Notes under the pieces: generated by a model | Databases searched by the model: none | What the model saw: only the letters and a program-made list of their open reading frames with translations | What the model was told of the DNA's origin: nothing | Position numbers and translations under genes: made by a program | Shown: positions 17,165 through 27,146 of the stretch, one piece after another | How the letters are laid out: each line of letters starts with the position of its first letter | Numbering within the stretch: position 1 is the first letter of the stretch | Source: Chloroflexota bacterium | Lineage (GTDB): Bacteria; Chloroflexota; Dehalococcoidia; Lucifugimonadales; JADFKI01 | DNA: 64,000 nucleotides | Assembly: GCA_027623195.1 (NCBI GenBank) | Contig: JAQBUT010000012.1 | Span: forward strand, 1-64,000 | Direction: 5' to 3'

Positions 17165-18286
17165 ATGAAATTTAGTCTGAATCGACGATTACTTCTATTA
17201 GCTGTCCCCCTTATCGTACTGACTCTGGCGGCCTGTGCCGGTCAAATAAGTAAACCGAAAGGCTGGTCCGGGGGCACTGTTCAAGGCGACACACTTTATA
17301 TTGGCACTCAGGCCGGTGATGTGCGGGCGCTGGACGTGAAAAACGGTTTTACCAAGTGGGACTTCGAGCTTCAAGGGGAAGATAAATCTCGTGGCGTCTA
17401 CGGCGCTCCCGCGGTTACGGATGACGCCATTTACGTTGGTGGGTACGATAGTATCCTTTATGCCCTTTCGGTTTCTGGAGACTCGCTGTGGCAGGAACCC
17501 GTGGGCGGGTCCATCGTGGGCAGCCCCGTTGTGGCAGATGGCGCGGTGCTTGTTGGTGCGACAGATGGTGTGCTGTACGCCATCAATATTGAAGATAGGG
17601 CTGAATTATGGACGTTTGCCACGGGAAGCAGGGTGTGGTCTTCACCGGCGGTCGATGTCGGTAATGGGGTTGTTTATCTGACTTCGTTTGACCAAAAAAT
17701 TTACGCGCTAAAATTGGCAGACGGGTCAATGATGTGGGAATTTGAAACCGATGGTGCGGTCGCATCTACTCCAGTAGTCAATAGCGGTGGGGTATACGTC
17801 GGTTCTTTTGATGGCGTGTTTTATGCGCTCAACGCTGCGACTGGGGCGCCTCTCTGGCAGTTCGATGGCGCGAGCAACTGGTATTGGGGCGAAGCATTGG
17901 TGACGGGCGACACCGTTTACGCTGGTTCATTAGATGGCAACCTGTACGCGCTAGACAAGTTCTCTGGCGCCCTGCGTTGGACGTATGCAACTGAAGGTCC
18001 AATTGTCGGGAAGCCTGTGATTGTCTTTGATATGATAGCCGTGCCGTCGGATGATGGCGGTCTGCACCTGGTGCGCATGGCGGATGGCCGAGAGGTCAGT
18101 TCGTGCAGCATGGGTACCGAATTGAGGTCCTCGCTGGTCCAGCAGGACGGCGTGGTGTTTCTAAACGCCAATGACGGTTCGATCAGAGCGTTGCGTATCA
18201 AGTCAAGCGGCAATCCGGACGAAGAGTGGGTCCACTTTGCCAATGAGGACAAGCCTATAGATGCGGGGAGGCCCCCCGACTGCTAG
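17165..18286 (+). CDS. PQQ-type (BamB-like) beta-propeller lipoprotein
   Basis: LAAC lipobox; repeated SPVV..G.VYVGS.DG.LYAL....G...W blades. Confidence 0.88.
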   Translation: MKFSLNRRLLLLAVPLIVLTLAACAGQISKPKGWSGGTVQGDTLYIGTQAGDVRALDVKNGFTKWDFELQGEDKSRGVYGAPAVTDDAIYVGGYDSILYALSVSGDSLWQEPVGGSIVGSPVVADGAVLVGATDGVLYAINIEDRAELWTFATGSRVWSSPAVDVGNGVVYLTSFDQKIYALKLADGSMMWEFETDGAVASTPVVNSGGVYVGSFDGVFYALNAATGAPLWQFDGASNWYWGEALVTGDTVYAGSLDGNLYALDKFSGALRWTYATEGPIVGKPVIVFDMIAVPSDDGGLHLVRMADGREVSSCSMGTELRSSLVQQDGVVFLNANDGSIRALRIKSSGNPDEEWVHFANEDKPIDAGRPPDC

Positions 18287-18303
18287 GGTCCTAGAGATTT
18301 ATT

Positions 18304-19227
18304 TTGCAGATTATTATTGACATATGGAACCTGATCATCACCGAACCGATGATCAATAGCCTGGTTTTTCTCTACACTATTTTCTTCTCAAATTTTGGTG
18401 TGGCGATCGTGGCATTCACTGCGCTTATTCGTGCCGCAATGATCCCTCTAACGGTGCGGCAAAGCCATTCGTTGAAGCGGATGTCCGATCTGCAGCCCAA
18501 GCTGAAGGAAATTCAGGAACGGCACGCCAAGGACCGCCAGAAGCTCTCCACCGAGACGATGCGGATCTACAAGGAGAACGGCGTCAATCCCATCGGTTGC
18601 CTGGGGCCATTAGTCATACAATTCCCCATCTGGATTGGGCTCTTCCGAGCCATCGACCAGACCTTGCCTTCAACACCCGAGAAATTGGTGGGGCTGTCTC
18701 AGCATCTATACTCCTGGTTGCCCAGGGTTCATGAAGTAATTCCAATAAACAACTCGTTCCTTTGGGTGGACCTGTCGCTGCCGGACCCAACGCCGGTCAT
18801 GCCGGTGCTGGTGGGCGTATCCATGTGGTTGACCCAAAAGATGACCACGATGCCTTCAGCCGACCCAAGGCAGGCGCAGACCAATAAGATGATGCTGTGG
18901 ATGATGCCGTTGATGTTTGGTTTCTTCACAACGACATTTCCAAGTGGGTTGGCGGTATACTGGATTGTCTCTAACGTTATTGGCATCGTGATACAGGGAT
19001 TTGTAACGGGCTGGACGCCGCTTACGGATCTGCTAAAATTCCGAGGCTTTGGCCCCAAAGGGCCTGCGGACGAGCCGCAACCTGCTACCGCTTTAGTGGT
19101 CTCGGCAGAGGAGACGTCGACCGATGAGAACGATCGAAACGACAGCCAGGAATCCAGAAGAGGCAATCGAAATCGCCCTAAAGGAACTCGACGCCGAGCG
19201 CGGGGAAGTAGAAATAGACGTCGTTAG
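18304..19227 (+). CDS. yidC: Membrane protein insertase YidC/Oxa1 (short form without large periplasmic domain)
   Basis: LQPKLKEIQ, GVNPIGCLG..IQFPI, FLWVDLS.PD and PSGLAVYW motifs. Confidence 0.95.
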   Translation: MQIIIDIWNLIITEPMINSLVFLYTIFFSNFGVAIVAFTALIRAAMIPLTVRQSHSLKRMSDLQPKLKEIQERHAKDRQKLSTETMRIYKENGVNPIGCLGPLVIQFPIWIGLFRAIDQTLPSTPEKLVGLSQHLYSWLPRVHEVIPINNSFLWVDLSLPDPTPVMPVLVGVSMWLTQKMTTMPSADPRQAQTNKMMLWMMPLMFGFFTTTFPSGLAVYWIVSNVIGIVIQGFVTGWTPLTDLLKFRGFGPKGPADEPQPATALVVSAEETSTDENDRNDSQESRRGNRNRPKGTRRRARGSRNRRR

Positions 19228-19759
19228 CCGGGGCAAGGCAGGCATTCTTGGAATCGGCAGCGAGCCGGCCAGGGTCCGTGTAACGCTGCTTGAGCAGGCA
19301 CCCGACGTGGTTAAGGTGACCACCGAGATTCTGGAGAATCTCATCGCGGGCATGGGTGTTGACGTTGTCTTGAACCTCAAGCAAGCCCACAGCGAAGACC
19401 TTGGCGGCCCCGAATTCGAGATCGAGGGTGACGATTCAGGACTGCTTATAGGCCGACGTGGAGAGACCCTTCGGGCATTACAGTTCCTTGTTAAGTTCAT
19501 CGTTAGCCGCAAGCTGGAGAGCAGGGTTAACATTTCAGTGGACGTGGAGGGCTACCAGGCGCGCCGATACGATTCTCTGGCAAACCTGGCCGGCAGGGTG
19601 GCAGAGAGGGTGGCTAGCTCAGGCAGGTCTATTACGCTAGAGCCTATGCCACCGAACGAACGCCGAGCCGTACACATGGCGCTGGCGGACCACCCAAAGG
19701 TGACCACCGAGAGCACCGGCATGGGCGACGGTCGTCAGGTCATAGTGCAACCCAAGTAA
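19124..19759 (+). CDS. jag: RNA-binding protein Jag/EloR/KhpB (Jag_N-KH-R3H)
   Basis: EEAIE.AL.EL, LIGRRGETL.ALQ and ERRAVH motifs; overlaps the yidC 3' end by 104 nt. Confidence 0.95.
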   Translation: MRTIETTARNPEEAIEIALKELDAERGEVEIDVVSRGKAGILGIGSEPARVRVTLLEQAPDVVKVTTEILENLIAGMGVDVVLNLKQAHSEDLGGPEFEIEGDDSGLLIGRRGETLRALQFLVKFIVSRKLESRVNISVDVEGYQARRYDSLANLAGRVAERVASSGRSITLEPMPPNERRAVHMALADHPKVTTESTGMGDGRQVIVQPK

Positions 19760-19784
19760 TTTCGCTTTTCCTTAACTGGGTGAG

Positions 19785-20630
19785 GTGGAACGCGAGGTTA
19801 GAGTGCGGCCTGATTTTCTTGCGATAGGCCACGCCCCCAAGGACTTGACTCCCGATGGATTGCAGTTGGGTGGCGCAGTCACTTACGGGGCTATTGCCGC
19901 CAAAAGACTAGGTGTTTCGCCTGCAGTTGTTACCAGTGTCGGGCCCGATGTGGAAGTTGCCGATTCGCTACCCGATATTCCGGTCCACGTTGTGCCATCT
20001 GCTCAGACCACTACATTCGTTAATACATACATTGCCGGTCGTAGGACACAGTTTATTCGGGCGGTTGCTGGTCCGATTTCCACCTCTGACATCCCGCAAG
20101 ATTGGACGTCCGCGCCGCTTGTTATGCTGGGGCCCCTAGCCCAAGAATTGGACTCAGCCCTGGCCAGCCACTTTCCTGAGTCCATAGTAGTCGCTTCTAT
20201 TCAGGGGTGGCTGAGGCAGTGGGATGAGGATGGTAGGGTCAGTCCGTGTCAGTGGAATGGCTACGACATACTGCCACACGTGGATGCTGTGATTCTTTCC
20301 ATTGACGACATCGAAGACAGTAGTATGTTGGACGGGTGGAAGGATTTGACACCTGTACTGATAATTACACGTGGTTCCGAGGGCGCGGACGTTCACTTCC
20401 AAGGGACCTGGCATCACGTCGAATCGTTCCCGGTCACAGAGGTGGACCCCACTGGCGCAGGTGACGTTTTCGCGGCCGCATACCTTGTTCGATTCAGCGA
20501 AACCCGCGACGTTTTGCTGTCCGCCAGGTTCGCTTCTTGTGCTGCTAGCTTTTGTGTCGCCCGCCAGGGAACGCAAGGCATACCCTACCGTGCGGACGTC
20601 GAAGCCAGACTGGCTGGTGATAGTGCCTGA
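19785..20630 (+). CDS. PfkB family carbohydrate kinase
   Basis: LGG near the N-terminus, ITRGSEG and DPTGAGDVF motifs. Confidence 0.9.
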   Translation: MEREVRVRPDFLAIGHAPKDLTPDGLQLGGAVTYGAIAAKRLGVSPAVVTSVGPDVEVADSLPDIPVHVVPSAQTTTFVNTYIAGRRTQFIRAVAGPISTSDIPQDWTSAPLVMLGPLAQELDSALASHFPESIVVASIQGWLRQWDEDGRVSPCQWNGYDILPHVDAVILSIDDIEDSSMLDGWKDLTPVLIITRGSEGADVHFQGTWHHVESFPVTEVDPTGAGDVFAAAYLVRFSETRDVLLSARFASCAASFCVARQGTQGIPYRADVEARLAGDSA

Positions 20631-20979
20631 ATCCCGTAGAAGCATAGTTAGCGCGTTGGGGCTGAGTTGTCAGACCACTTAGTAGGTGAGATTGTGACCC
20701 TGGGGAAATGGGTTATGTTATAAGGGCAATGGTTGCTGTTCAAATGTGCCGACCAAGCTAGAACTCAGTAATGCAACGCGCGGTCGAAATCCTGATCTGT
20801 CACAGCATTTGGCGCCAATGGTTGCGGCATACTAGATATTATTTGGCTATATTCATGTGACGGGACATTCCCCCCCCCGTATATTCTGCGAATATAACCG
20901 AATAACGAGATTATTGTGAGGAATTGCCTGGTTACTTGCGCCACATCTTTTCAAAGGCCATAATAGCGCCACCGTCCAG

Positions 20980-22236
20980 ATGTATGGTCGCCGACCCTTA
21001 TTCCTTTTGGTACGCTCCGTTATGACTCCTCCAATCATTCGAATCAATCGCTTCGTCTGGCTAATAACCGGCGTTATCGCCGTTGGCGTGGCGTTGTATA
21101 TGCTTCGCGGCGCACTGTTTCCGTTCATTGTGGGCGGAGCACTGGCATACATAATGCACCCCCTTGTCGCCTGGCTCGAATCGCGAATGCCGGGCCGCCA
21201 AAGTCGACCCGCCTTGGTCCGGATCCTCTCCATATTTATCATGTTTGGGGTGATGGTAGTGGTCATCGCTGGTGCGCTGATAATAGTCTTACCACCCCTT
21301 CTGGAGCAGTTCGGACTGTTCATTGAAGTGCTGCCGGATTTGATTTCGGATGCCCGTATTGCCGTAGAGAACTGGAATCGCGAGATATCCAGCGCCATCC
21401 CGGAAGAAATCCGTCTGCAGATTCAAATTGCAGTCCAGGAAGCCGGAAGCGTGCTGGTCGGCGCGACTCAGAGTTTTGTTGTTCGGACTTTGGGAGTGGT
21501 CTCAGGGGCGCTCACTGTGGTCATTGGTCTGGCAGCCTTACCACTGTTTATTTATTACATTCTCAAAGACCGAGAAAAAATGGTGGACGGGCTGGTGTCC
21601 GTGTTCACCCCTGGCCCCAGGGCACATGCCAGAAACGTGATAACCGTCATAAACCATGTCTTTAGCTCCTACGTTCGCGCTCAACTCATGTTGGGTTTAG
21701 TCGTAGGAATTATGGTTTTTATTGGCCTGACCATCCTGGGGGTACCCTTCGCAATCATACTGGCGGTGGCGGCTGGCGTATTTGAACTCGTTCCTATTAT
21801 CGGGCCGTGGCTGGGAGCAATTCCCGGCATCGTGGTAGTGTTGGCGCTGGAACCGGAGAAGTTTTTCTGGGTAGTAATGGTGTATTTCGGTATCCAGCTT
21901 TTGGAGAACTCTCTACTTGTGCCGCGTATCCAGAGCCGGGCTCTGAACGTTCATCCAGTTCTCATCCTGGTCGTAATTATCGTGGGGAGCGAGGTCGCCG
22001 GTTTGTGGGGGATCATTCTTGGGCCTCCGCTTGTGGTGGCAGGCAAGGAGGTTTTCCACTACTTCGTGGAGGAGTGGAATTCTGTCGAGATGGCGACTCT
22101 GGCAGAGCTTAGGCTTGAGGAAGAAAACGCCCTTGAGGTAGGTCAAGACGGACTGGCGTCAGACCGAGTTATGGACGGCCTGGAACATCCCCTGGGTGCC
22201 TCGGAGGAAGTCGTGGAGACCCACCCACAGACGTAG
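20980..22236 (+). CDS. AI-2E family transporter (start may be 21022)
   Basis: Multi-TM; ELVPIIGP, IQLLENSLLVPRI, LNVHP and GLWGIILGPP patterns. Confidence 0.9.
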   Translation: MYGRRPLFLLVRSVMTPPIIRINRFVWLITGVIAVGVALYMLRGALFPFIVGGALAYIMHPLVAWLESRMPGRQSRPALVRILSIFIMFGVMVVVIAGALIIVLPPLLEQFGLFIEVLPDLISDARIAVENWNREISSAIPEEIRLQIQIAVQEAGSVLVGATQSFVVRTLGVVSGALTVVIGLAALPLFIYYILKDREKMVDGLVSVFTPGPRAHARNVITVINHVFSSYVRAQLMLGLVVGIMVFIGLTILGVPFAIILAVAAGVFELVPIIGPWLGAIPGIVVVLALEPEKFFWVVMVYFGIQLLENSLLVPRIQSRALNVHPVLILVVIIVGSEVAGLWGIILGPPLVVAGKEVFHYFVEEWNSVEMATLAELRLEEENALEVGQDGLASDRVMDGLEHPLGASEEVVETHPQT

Positions 22237-22363
22237 ACCGTTAATTCCAAATCACTCTCTTCATCCCAGCCGGTTGCGTCATTAAGGTACGAACTCCATA
22301 ATTACTGGAGATACGGCGGTTGAATGACTTGTCGTACACATTCCGGTTAAGAAGGGTGAGTGA

Positions 22364-23038
22364 TTGAGCAAAATCAGTGCTGTGCTTTTTGACTACGACG
22401 ATACGCTGGCGGCGACATATGCCCCTAGAGTGCTTGCCGCAGAGAAAGCCGCAGAGGGTATTTTGTCCCCGGACCTGGATATGGACCGGATCATGCGAGA
22501 GTGGGCCGGTAGACCTCAGATGGAGATTTTCCGGGAATTATCTAAAGATGAAGACTTGGCAAAAACATTATTTGAACGCTACACCACTGAATATTGGCGG
22601 CTTTCCCCAACCCATGTGAAGCTATTCCCCGGCGTCCGTGACATGCTGGATGCGTTGCGTTCTCAGGGGTTCAGATTGGGCATCGTAACTTCCAAGCCAA
22701 GGCTGCTGAAGAATGACGATGGGCCTTTTGGCGTTGAGCTAGAGCTTCAGCGGATGGACCTGATGAGCACCTTCGAGGTAGTAGTGGGCTGGGAGGACCC
22801 GGAGGAGCCCAAGCCTGCGCCTGCGCCGATCTTGTTTGCCCTGGACAAGATGGGTCTGGAACCCGGAGATGCCGTAATGGTCGGTGACAGCCATATCGAC
22901 ATCACTACAGCAAAGCGGGCCGGGACGACCTCCGTTGGCGCTACGTGGGGAACATTGGCTCGGGACATGCTGGTGGAAACTGGACCTGATCACCTCATAG
23001 ATTCGCCGGACCAACTCCTCCCTTTGGTGCAATCATGA
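22364..23038 (+). CDS. HAD family hydrolase (phosphoglycolate phosphatase/PpaX-like)
   Basis: FDYDDTL, VTSK, KPAP and VGDS..D motifs. Confidence 0.9.
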   Translation: MSKISAVLFDYDDTLAATYAPRVLAAEKAAEGILSPDLDMDRIMREWAGRPQMEIFRELSKDEDLAKTLFERYTTEYWRLSPTHVKLFPGVRDMLDALRSQGFRLGIVTSKPRLLKNDDGPFGVELELQRMDLMSTFEVVVGWEDPEEPKPAPAPILFALDKMGLEPGDAVMVGDSHIDITTAKRAGTTSVGATWGTLARDMLVETGPDHLIDSPDQLLPLVQS

Positions 23039-23118
23039 TCGAAATGGGGGAGTTCTAATGTCACTTCGTACTCTGAGAATTATCCGACCCTTTATGCCAT
23101 TGGAGAGTTGAGAATCCC

Positions 23119-23889
23119 TTGTCATCAGCCCTAGTCCACATTTCCATTCATGACCACGTCGCAACTGTTACGCTGAACCGACATTCAGCAGGCAACGCCA
23201 TCAATGAGGCCATGGCCTTTGCATTACGAGATGCCTTAACTGACCTTTCGCAGAGTGGCGAAGTGCGGGTGCTTCTTGTGACTGGTGAAGGCTCCGGCTT
23301 TTGTACCGGCACGGACCTCCCGAACTTAACAAACCCGGAACTGTTGTCTGATACTCTAAAAAACCACAGGATATCGGATGCCTTTGCTGCGCTAACCAAG
23401 CCGGTTATCGCCGCAATCAATGGCGATGCCTTAGACCAGGGATTAGAGCTTGCTCTTGCATGCGACATCAGGGTAGCGTCGGCCACGGCCCGATTGGGTC
23501 TTACCCAGGTGGAGGCAGGGTTCATGCCCTGGGATGGTGGGACGCAGCGCCTCCCTAGATTAGTTGGAAGAGGCCGTGCACTGGAGATGATCTTAACCTC
23601 CCGCCGAATTGACGCCCAGGAGGCTATGTCCATGGGTCTTGTCAACATGGTCGCGGAGCCGGATCAGGTCATGAATTCCACACTGAAGATAGCGCAAACC
23701 ATTGCTGCACACGGTCCTATCGCCGCAGGCTACCTCAAGGAAGCCGTGCTCAAGGGAATGGACCTGACATTGGAGCAAGGGCTTCGGTTGGAAGCGGACC
23801 TGAATTTCATCCTTCAGACGACATCTGACCGTGCAGAAGGAATTCAGTCTTTTCTCCAGCGCAGGAGCCCTGATTATGGTGGGAAGTGA
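23119..23889 (+). CDS. Enoyl-CoA hydratase/isomerase family protein (partly degenerate)
   Basis: Crotonase fold (FCTGTDL, KPVIAAING, GGTQRLPRLVG); GGG reads DQG and the PE glutamate reads TQ. Confidence 0.88.
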   Translation: MSSALVHISIHDHVATVTLNRHSAGNAINEAMAFALRDALTDLSQSGEVRVLLVTGEGSGFCTGTDLPNLTNPELLSDTLKNHRISDAFAALTKPVIAAINGDALDQGLELALACDIRVASATARLGLTQVEAGFMPWDGGTQRLPRLVGRGRALEMILTSRRIDAQEAMSMGLVNMVAEPDQVMNSTLKIAQTIAAHGPIAAGYLKEAVLKGMDLTLEQGLRLEADLNFILQTTSDRAEGIQSFLQRRSPDYGGK

Positions 23890-23890
23890 T

Positions 23891-24613
23891 ATGACCCATC
23901 CAACAGTCCTATACTCCAAGAAAGGCAACGTTGCTCACGTAGTGCTCAACAGGCCTCGTGTTATTAACGCCTATAACATGCAGATGCGTGACGAGCTCTA
24001 CGAGTCGCTAGCGGCAGCCAAGGATGATACGGACGTGCGTGCGTTGGTGTTAAGCGGGTCGGGCGAACGTGGCTTTTGCGCAGGGGCTGATCTGACAGAG
24101 TTTGGAACCGCGCCGTCGCTGGCCATAGCCAGGCAAGTGCGTTGGGAGCGGGACATATGGGGTCTGTTCTTGAGCATTCGTAAGCCGATGATCGCAGCGT
24201 TGCATGGCTTTGTCATCGGCTCCGGGGTAGAGATGGCATGCCTGTGTGACGTGCGAATCGCCTCGGAAAACGCTGTGTTCAGCATGCCGGAGGTTGCCCT
24301 GGGGATGGTGCCGGCTGCTGGCGGAACCCAGACCCTTCCTCGAGTTGTTGGCGCGGGTACGGCGTTGGAACTGATTCTGACGAATCGAAGTGTCGCGGCC
24401 AGCGAGGCTAAAGAACTGGGCCTGGTGCACCAGATCGTTGCCAATGGCGATTTGATGATGACGGCGATTTCTCTTGCCGAGAAGTTGGCGTCTCGCGATC
24501 CTGCGGCCCTGTCGGCGGCCAAGTCTGCCCTCGTTGACGGCTTGGACATGCACCTTGACGATGGCCTTCGCCTTGAGAAAAGATTGGCCATGAAGGCCAA
24601 ATCTAGCGAATAA
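23891..24613 (+). CDS. Enoyl-CoA hydratase/isomerase family protein
   Basis: FCAGADL, GSGVEM and FSMPEV, with both glutamates present; ATG 1 nt after the previous stop. Confidence 0.9.
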   Translation: MTHPTVLYSKKGNVAHVVLNRPRVINAYNMQMRDELYESLAAAKDDTDVRALVLSGSGERGFCAGADLTEFGTAPSLAIARQVRWERDIWGLFLSIRKPMIAALHGFVIGSGVEMACLCDVRIASENAVFSMPEVALGMVPAAGGTQTLPRVVGAGTALELILTNRSVAASEAKELGLVHQIVANGDLMMTAISLAEKLASRDPAALSAAKSALVDGLDMHLDDGLRLEKRLAMKAKSSE

Positions 24614-24635
24614 CGTCTGGCCAAAAAGGAGCCTT

Positions 24636-25337
24636 ATGTCGGACGCGACGGTCCTGGTTGTCGAGGACGAAGAGAACATCTTGGAAGCCTTGCGCTACAG
24701 CTTGGAAAGGGAAGGCCATACTGTCTATACGGCAGTGGACGGCGAAGAAGGCCTGAATCTCGCTCGACGTATCGATCCAGACCTGGTTATCCTGGACGTT
24801 ATGTTGCCGAAGATGGATGGCTTCGAAATTTGCCGAATACTTCGCGGCGAAACGGATGTCCCCATAATAATGCTCACGGCCCGAGGCGAGGAGATCGACC
24901 GTATTGTTGGCCTGGAACTGGGAGCAGACGATTACGTCACAAAACCTTTCAGCACTCGCGAGTTCATGGTCAGAGTCCGCAACATGCTGAGGCGGGCAAG
25001 GTTGTCCGATAACGTCGAATCAAGCTCCGCAGGCGAAGAAAATCTCGTAGCCGGGAATTTGGAAGTCGATCTGACCAGCCATGTGGTCCGCCTGGATGGC
25101 GTTGCGGTGGATATGAAGCCAAGGGAGTTTGATCTGTTGGCCCTGTTGGTAAAAAACTCAGGTCGTGCCTACAGCCGGGACCAGATATTGCAACAGCTCT
25201 GGGGGCACGACTATTATGGCGACACCCGAACGGTTGACGTGCACGTTCACTGGCTTCGGGAGAAGATTGAGCCGCAGCCGAGCAAACCTCAGAGGTTGGT
25301 TACCATACGCGGCGTTGGCTACAGGTTCGACAGATGA
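24636..25337 (+). CDS. phoP: OmpR/PhoB-family response regulator (PhoP-like)
   Basis: Intact receiver (VVEDE, LDVMLP, TKPF) and winged helix (RTVDVHV, TIRGVGY); adjacent to phoR and pst. Confidence 0.85.
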   Translation: MSDATVLVVEDEENILEALRYSLEREGHTVYTAVDGEEGLNLARRIDPDLVILDVMLPKMDGFEICRILRGETDVPIIMLTARGEEIDRIVGLELGADDYVTKPFSTREFMVRVRNMLRRARLSDNVESSSAGEENLVAGNLEVDLTSHVVRLDGVAVDMKPREFDLLALLVKNSGRAYSRDQILQQLWGHDYYGDTRTVDVHVHWLREKIEPQPSKPQRLVTIRGVGYRFDR

Positions 25338-27103
25338 GATTACCTCATTCCCTTCACTGGCGCATCTCTCTCGCCTACACGGCGCTCATATTCTTCACCA
25401 TGGGAGCTGTAAGCCTTTATCTAGTGGATTTCGTTCGCGACGCGTTCTTGGCGGACCTGCAAATTCGATTGCAGCAGGAAGTCAGCCTGGTGGCCGAATC
25501 GACATCGGGGTTCGTCGGTGACGAATCTGATAGCGGTGGGCTTCAACTCGTCGTCCAGGATATGGCTGAGATCATCAAAGCACGAGTGACGATAGTTGAT
25601 GCAAATGGATTGGTATTGGCGGACACGGCGGAGGATCCCGACCCGACGGGAAACCTAAGGCGGCGCCAGGAGATTCGGGAAGCCCTAAACGTGGGCGTCG
25701 GTAACGCCATCCGTGAGGAATCGGCATCCGATGGCGAGGTCGTCTACTCCGCCTTGGCTATACGGCATAACGGCGTGGTTGTTGCGGTTGCGCGGGTAGG
25801 CATTCCCACGTCTGATGTGAATGCAAACGTAAATCGGCTTATTACGACTATCCTGGTATCCGCTTTAGGGGTTGCTGCACTTTCCGTGGGCCTGGGCTTC
25901 ATGCTATTTCGTCGGACCTCCCGATCTGTGCAAAGGGTTGCTGAGGGCGCGAGACGTTTGGCTGATGGAGACCTGGAACATAGAGTTCAAACCTCATCCT
26001 CAGATGAGACTAAGGAATTGGCTGAGGCCTTTAACGGCATGGCCAATACCATCCGCAGCGTTGTCGGCGACCTATCCAGCGAACGAAATAAGCTGACGGC
26101 TGTGTTAGACACCATGGCGGATGGTGTGGTGGTGCTGGAGGCTGACAGCGAGGTCAGCCTTATGAATCGAGCGGCCGAGTGGCTTCTCGGCGTGGGCGCT
26201 AAAGACGCGGTGGGCAATCGTCTGGTAGAGGTGGTCCGAGACCACGAAATCCAGGAGACGGTTCAGAAGTCTATGGAGACTGGCCAGATATGGCAGATCG
26301 AAGTGGAGCTTCGGCCAAGTCGGACATTCCTCAGTGCGATAGCGACGCCTCTTTGGGCTGTTGATGGCACAACAGACGCCTCGGGTGTGCTGTTAACGCT
26401 CCATGATCTAACCCGCATTATGCAGGTCGAAACGACGCGAAAGGAGTTCGTGAGTAACGTTTCGCACGAACTCCGTAGTCCGTTGGCTTCTATCAAGGCG
26501 ATGGTTGAGACGCTTGAAGACGGCGCTATGGATGAGCGGAACGTTGCCGTGGACTTCCTTCGGCGGATTAACCGCGATGTGGACCGTATGAACGGTATCG
26601 TTAATGACCTGCTTGAGTTGTCCCACCTAGAGAGTGGCTACGTGCCGCTTCACCTGGCGCCAGTGGACCTCAAGCCTCTGGTGGAGGAGATCGTGGAGGA
26701 TTATCGGCGGTCTCCTCTTGGTAATGACCTGGAGATTAGTGTGGATTTTCAAGGCGCTACGTCAATGGTTACTGCCGAGGACGAAAAGCTACGTCAAGTG
26801 CTGGTTAACCTGATCGAAAACGCCATCAGGTACACCGTTAAAGGCAAGATCACGGTATCGGTTTCGGAAGAAGGGCGGTTCCAAAAAGTACGGGTGACTG
26901 ATACGGGAACAGGCATAGCTAGGGAGCATTTGCCCCACGTTTTCGAGCGGTTTTACAAGGCTGATAGGTCCAGGAGAGACGGCGGTACGGGGTTGGGTCT
27001 GGCCATCGTGAAGCACATAGTGCAGTCTCATAGAGGAGAGGTCAACGTCGAGAGTGAAGAGGGTGTAGGCAGTACCTTCGAATTCACCATACCCAAGGGT
27101 TGA
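25334..27103 (+). CDS. phoR: PhoR-like sensor histidine kinase (HAMP-PAS-HisKA-HATPase)
   Basis: FVSNVSHELRSPL, NLIENAIRY, DTGTG and GGTGLGL motifs. Confidence 0.88.
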   Translation: MRLPHSLHWRISLAYTALIFFTMGAVSLYLVDFVRDAFLADLQIRLQQEVSLVAESTSGFVGDESDSGGLQLVVQDMAEIIKARVTIVDANGLVLADTAEDPDPTGNLRRRQEIREALNVGVGNAIREESASDGEVVYSALAIRHNGVVVAVARVGIPTSDVNANVNRLITTILVSALGVAALSVGLGFMLFRRTSRSVQRVAEGARRLADGDLEHRVQTSSSDETKELAEAFNGMANTIRSVVGDLSSERNKLTAVLDTMADGVVVLEADSEVSLMNRAAEWLLGVGAKDAVGNRLVEVVRDHEIQETVQKSMETGQIWQIEVELRPSRTFLSAIATPLWAVDGTTDASGVLLTLHDLTRIMQVETTRKEFVSNVSHELRSPLASIKAMVETLEDGAMDERNVAVDFLRRINRDVDRMNGIVNDLLELSHLESGYVPLHLAPVDLKPLVEEIVEDYRRSPLGNDLEISVDFQGATSMVTAEDEKLRQVLVNLIENAIRYTVKGKITVSVSEEGRFQKVRVTDTGTGIAREHLPHVFERFYKADRSRRDGGTGLGLAIVKHIVQSHRGEVNVESEEGVGSTFEFTIPKG

Positions 27104-27146
27104 TTGGCCTTGTCTTGCGCTGCCTATCCCCAAAACAACACACATT

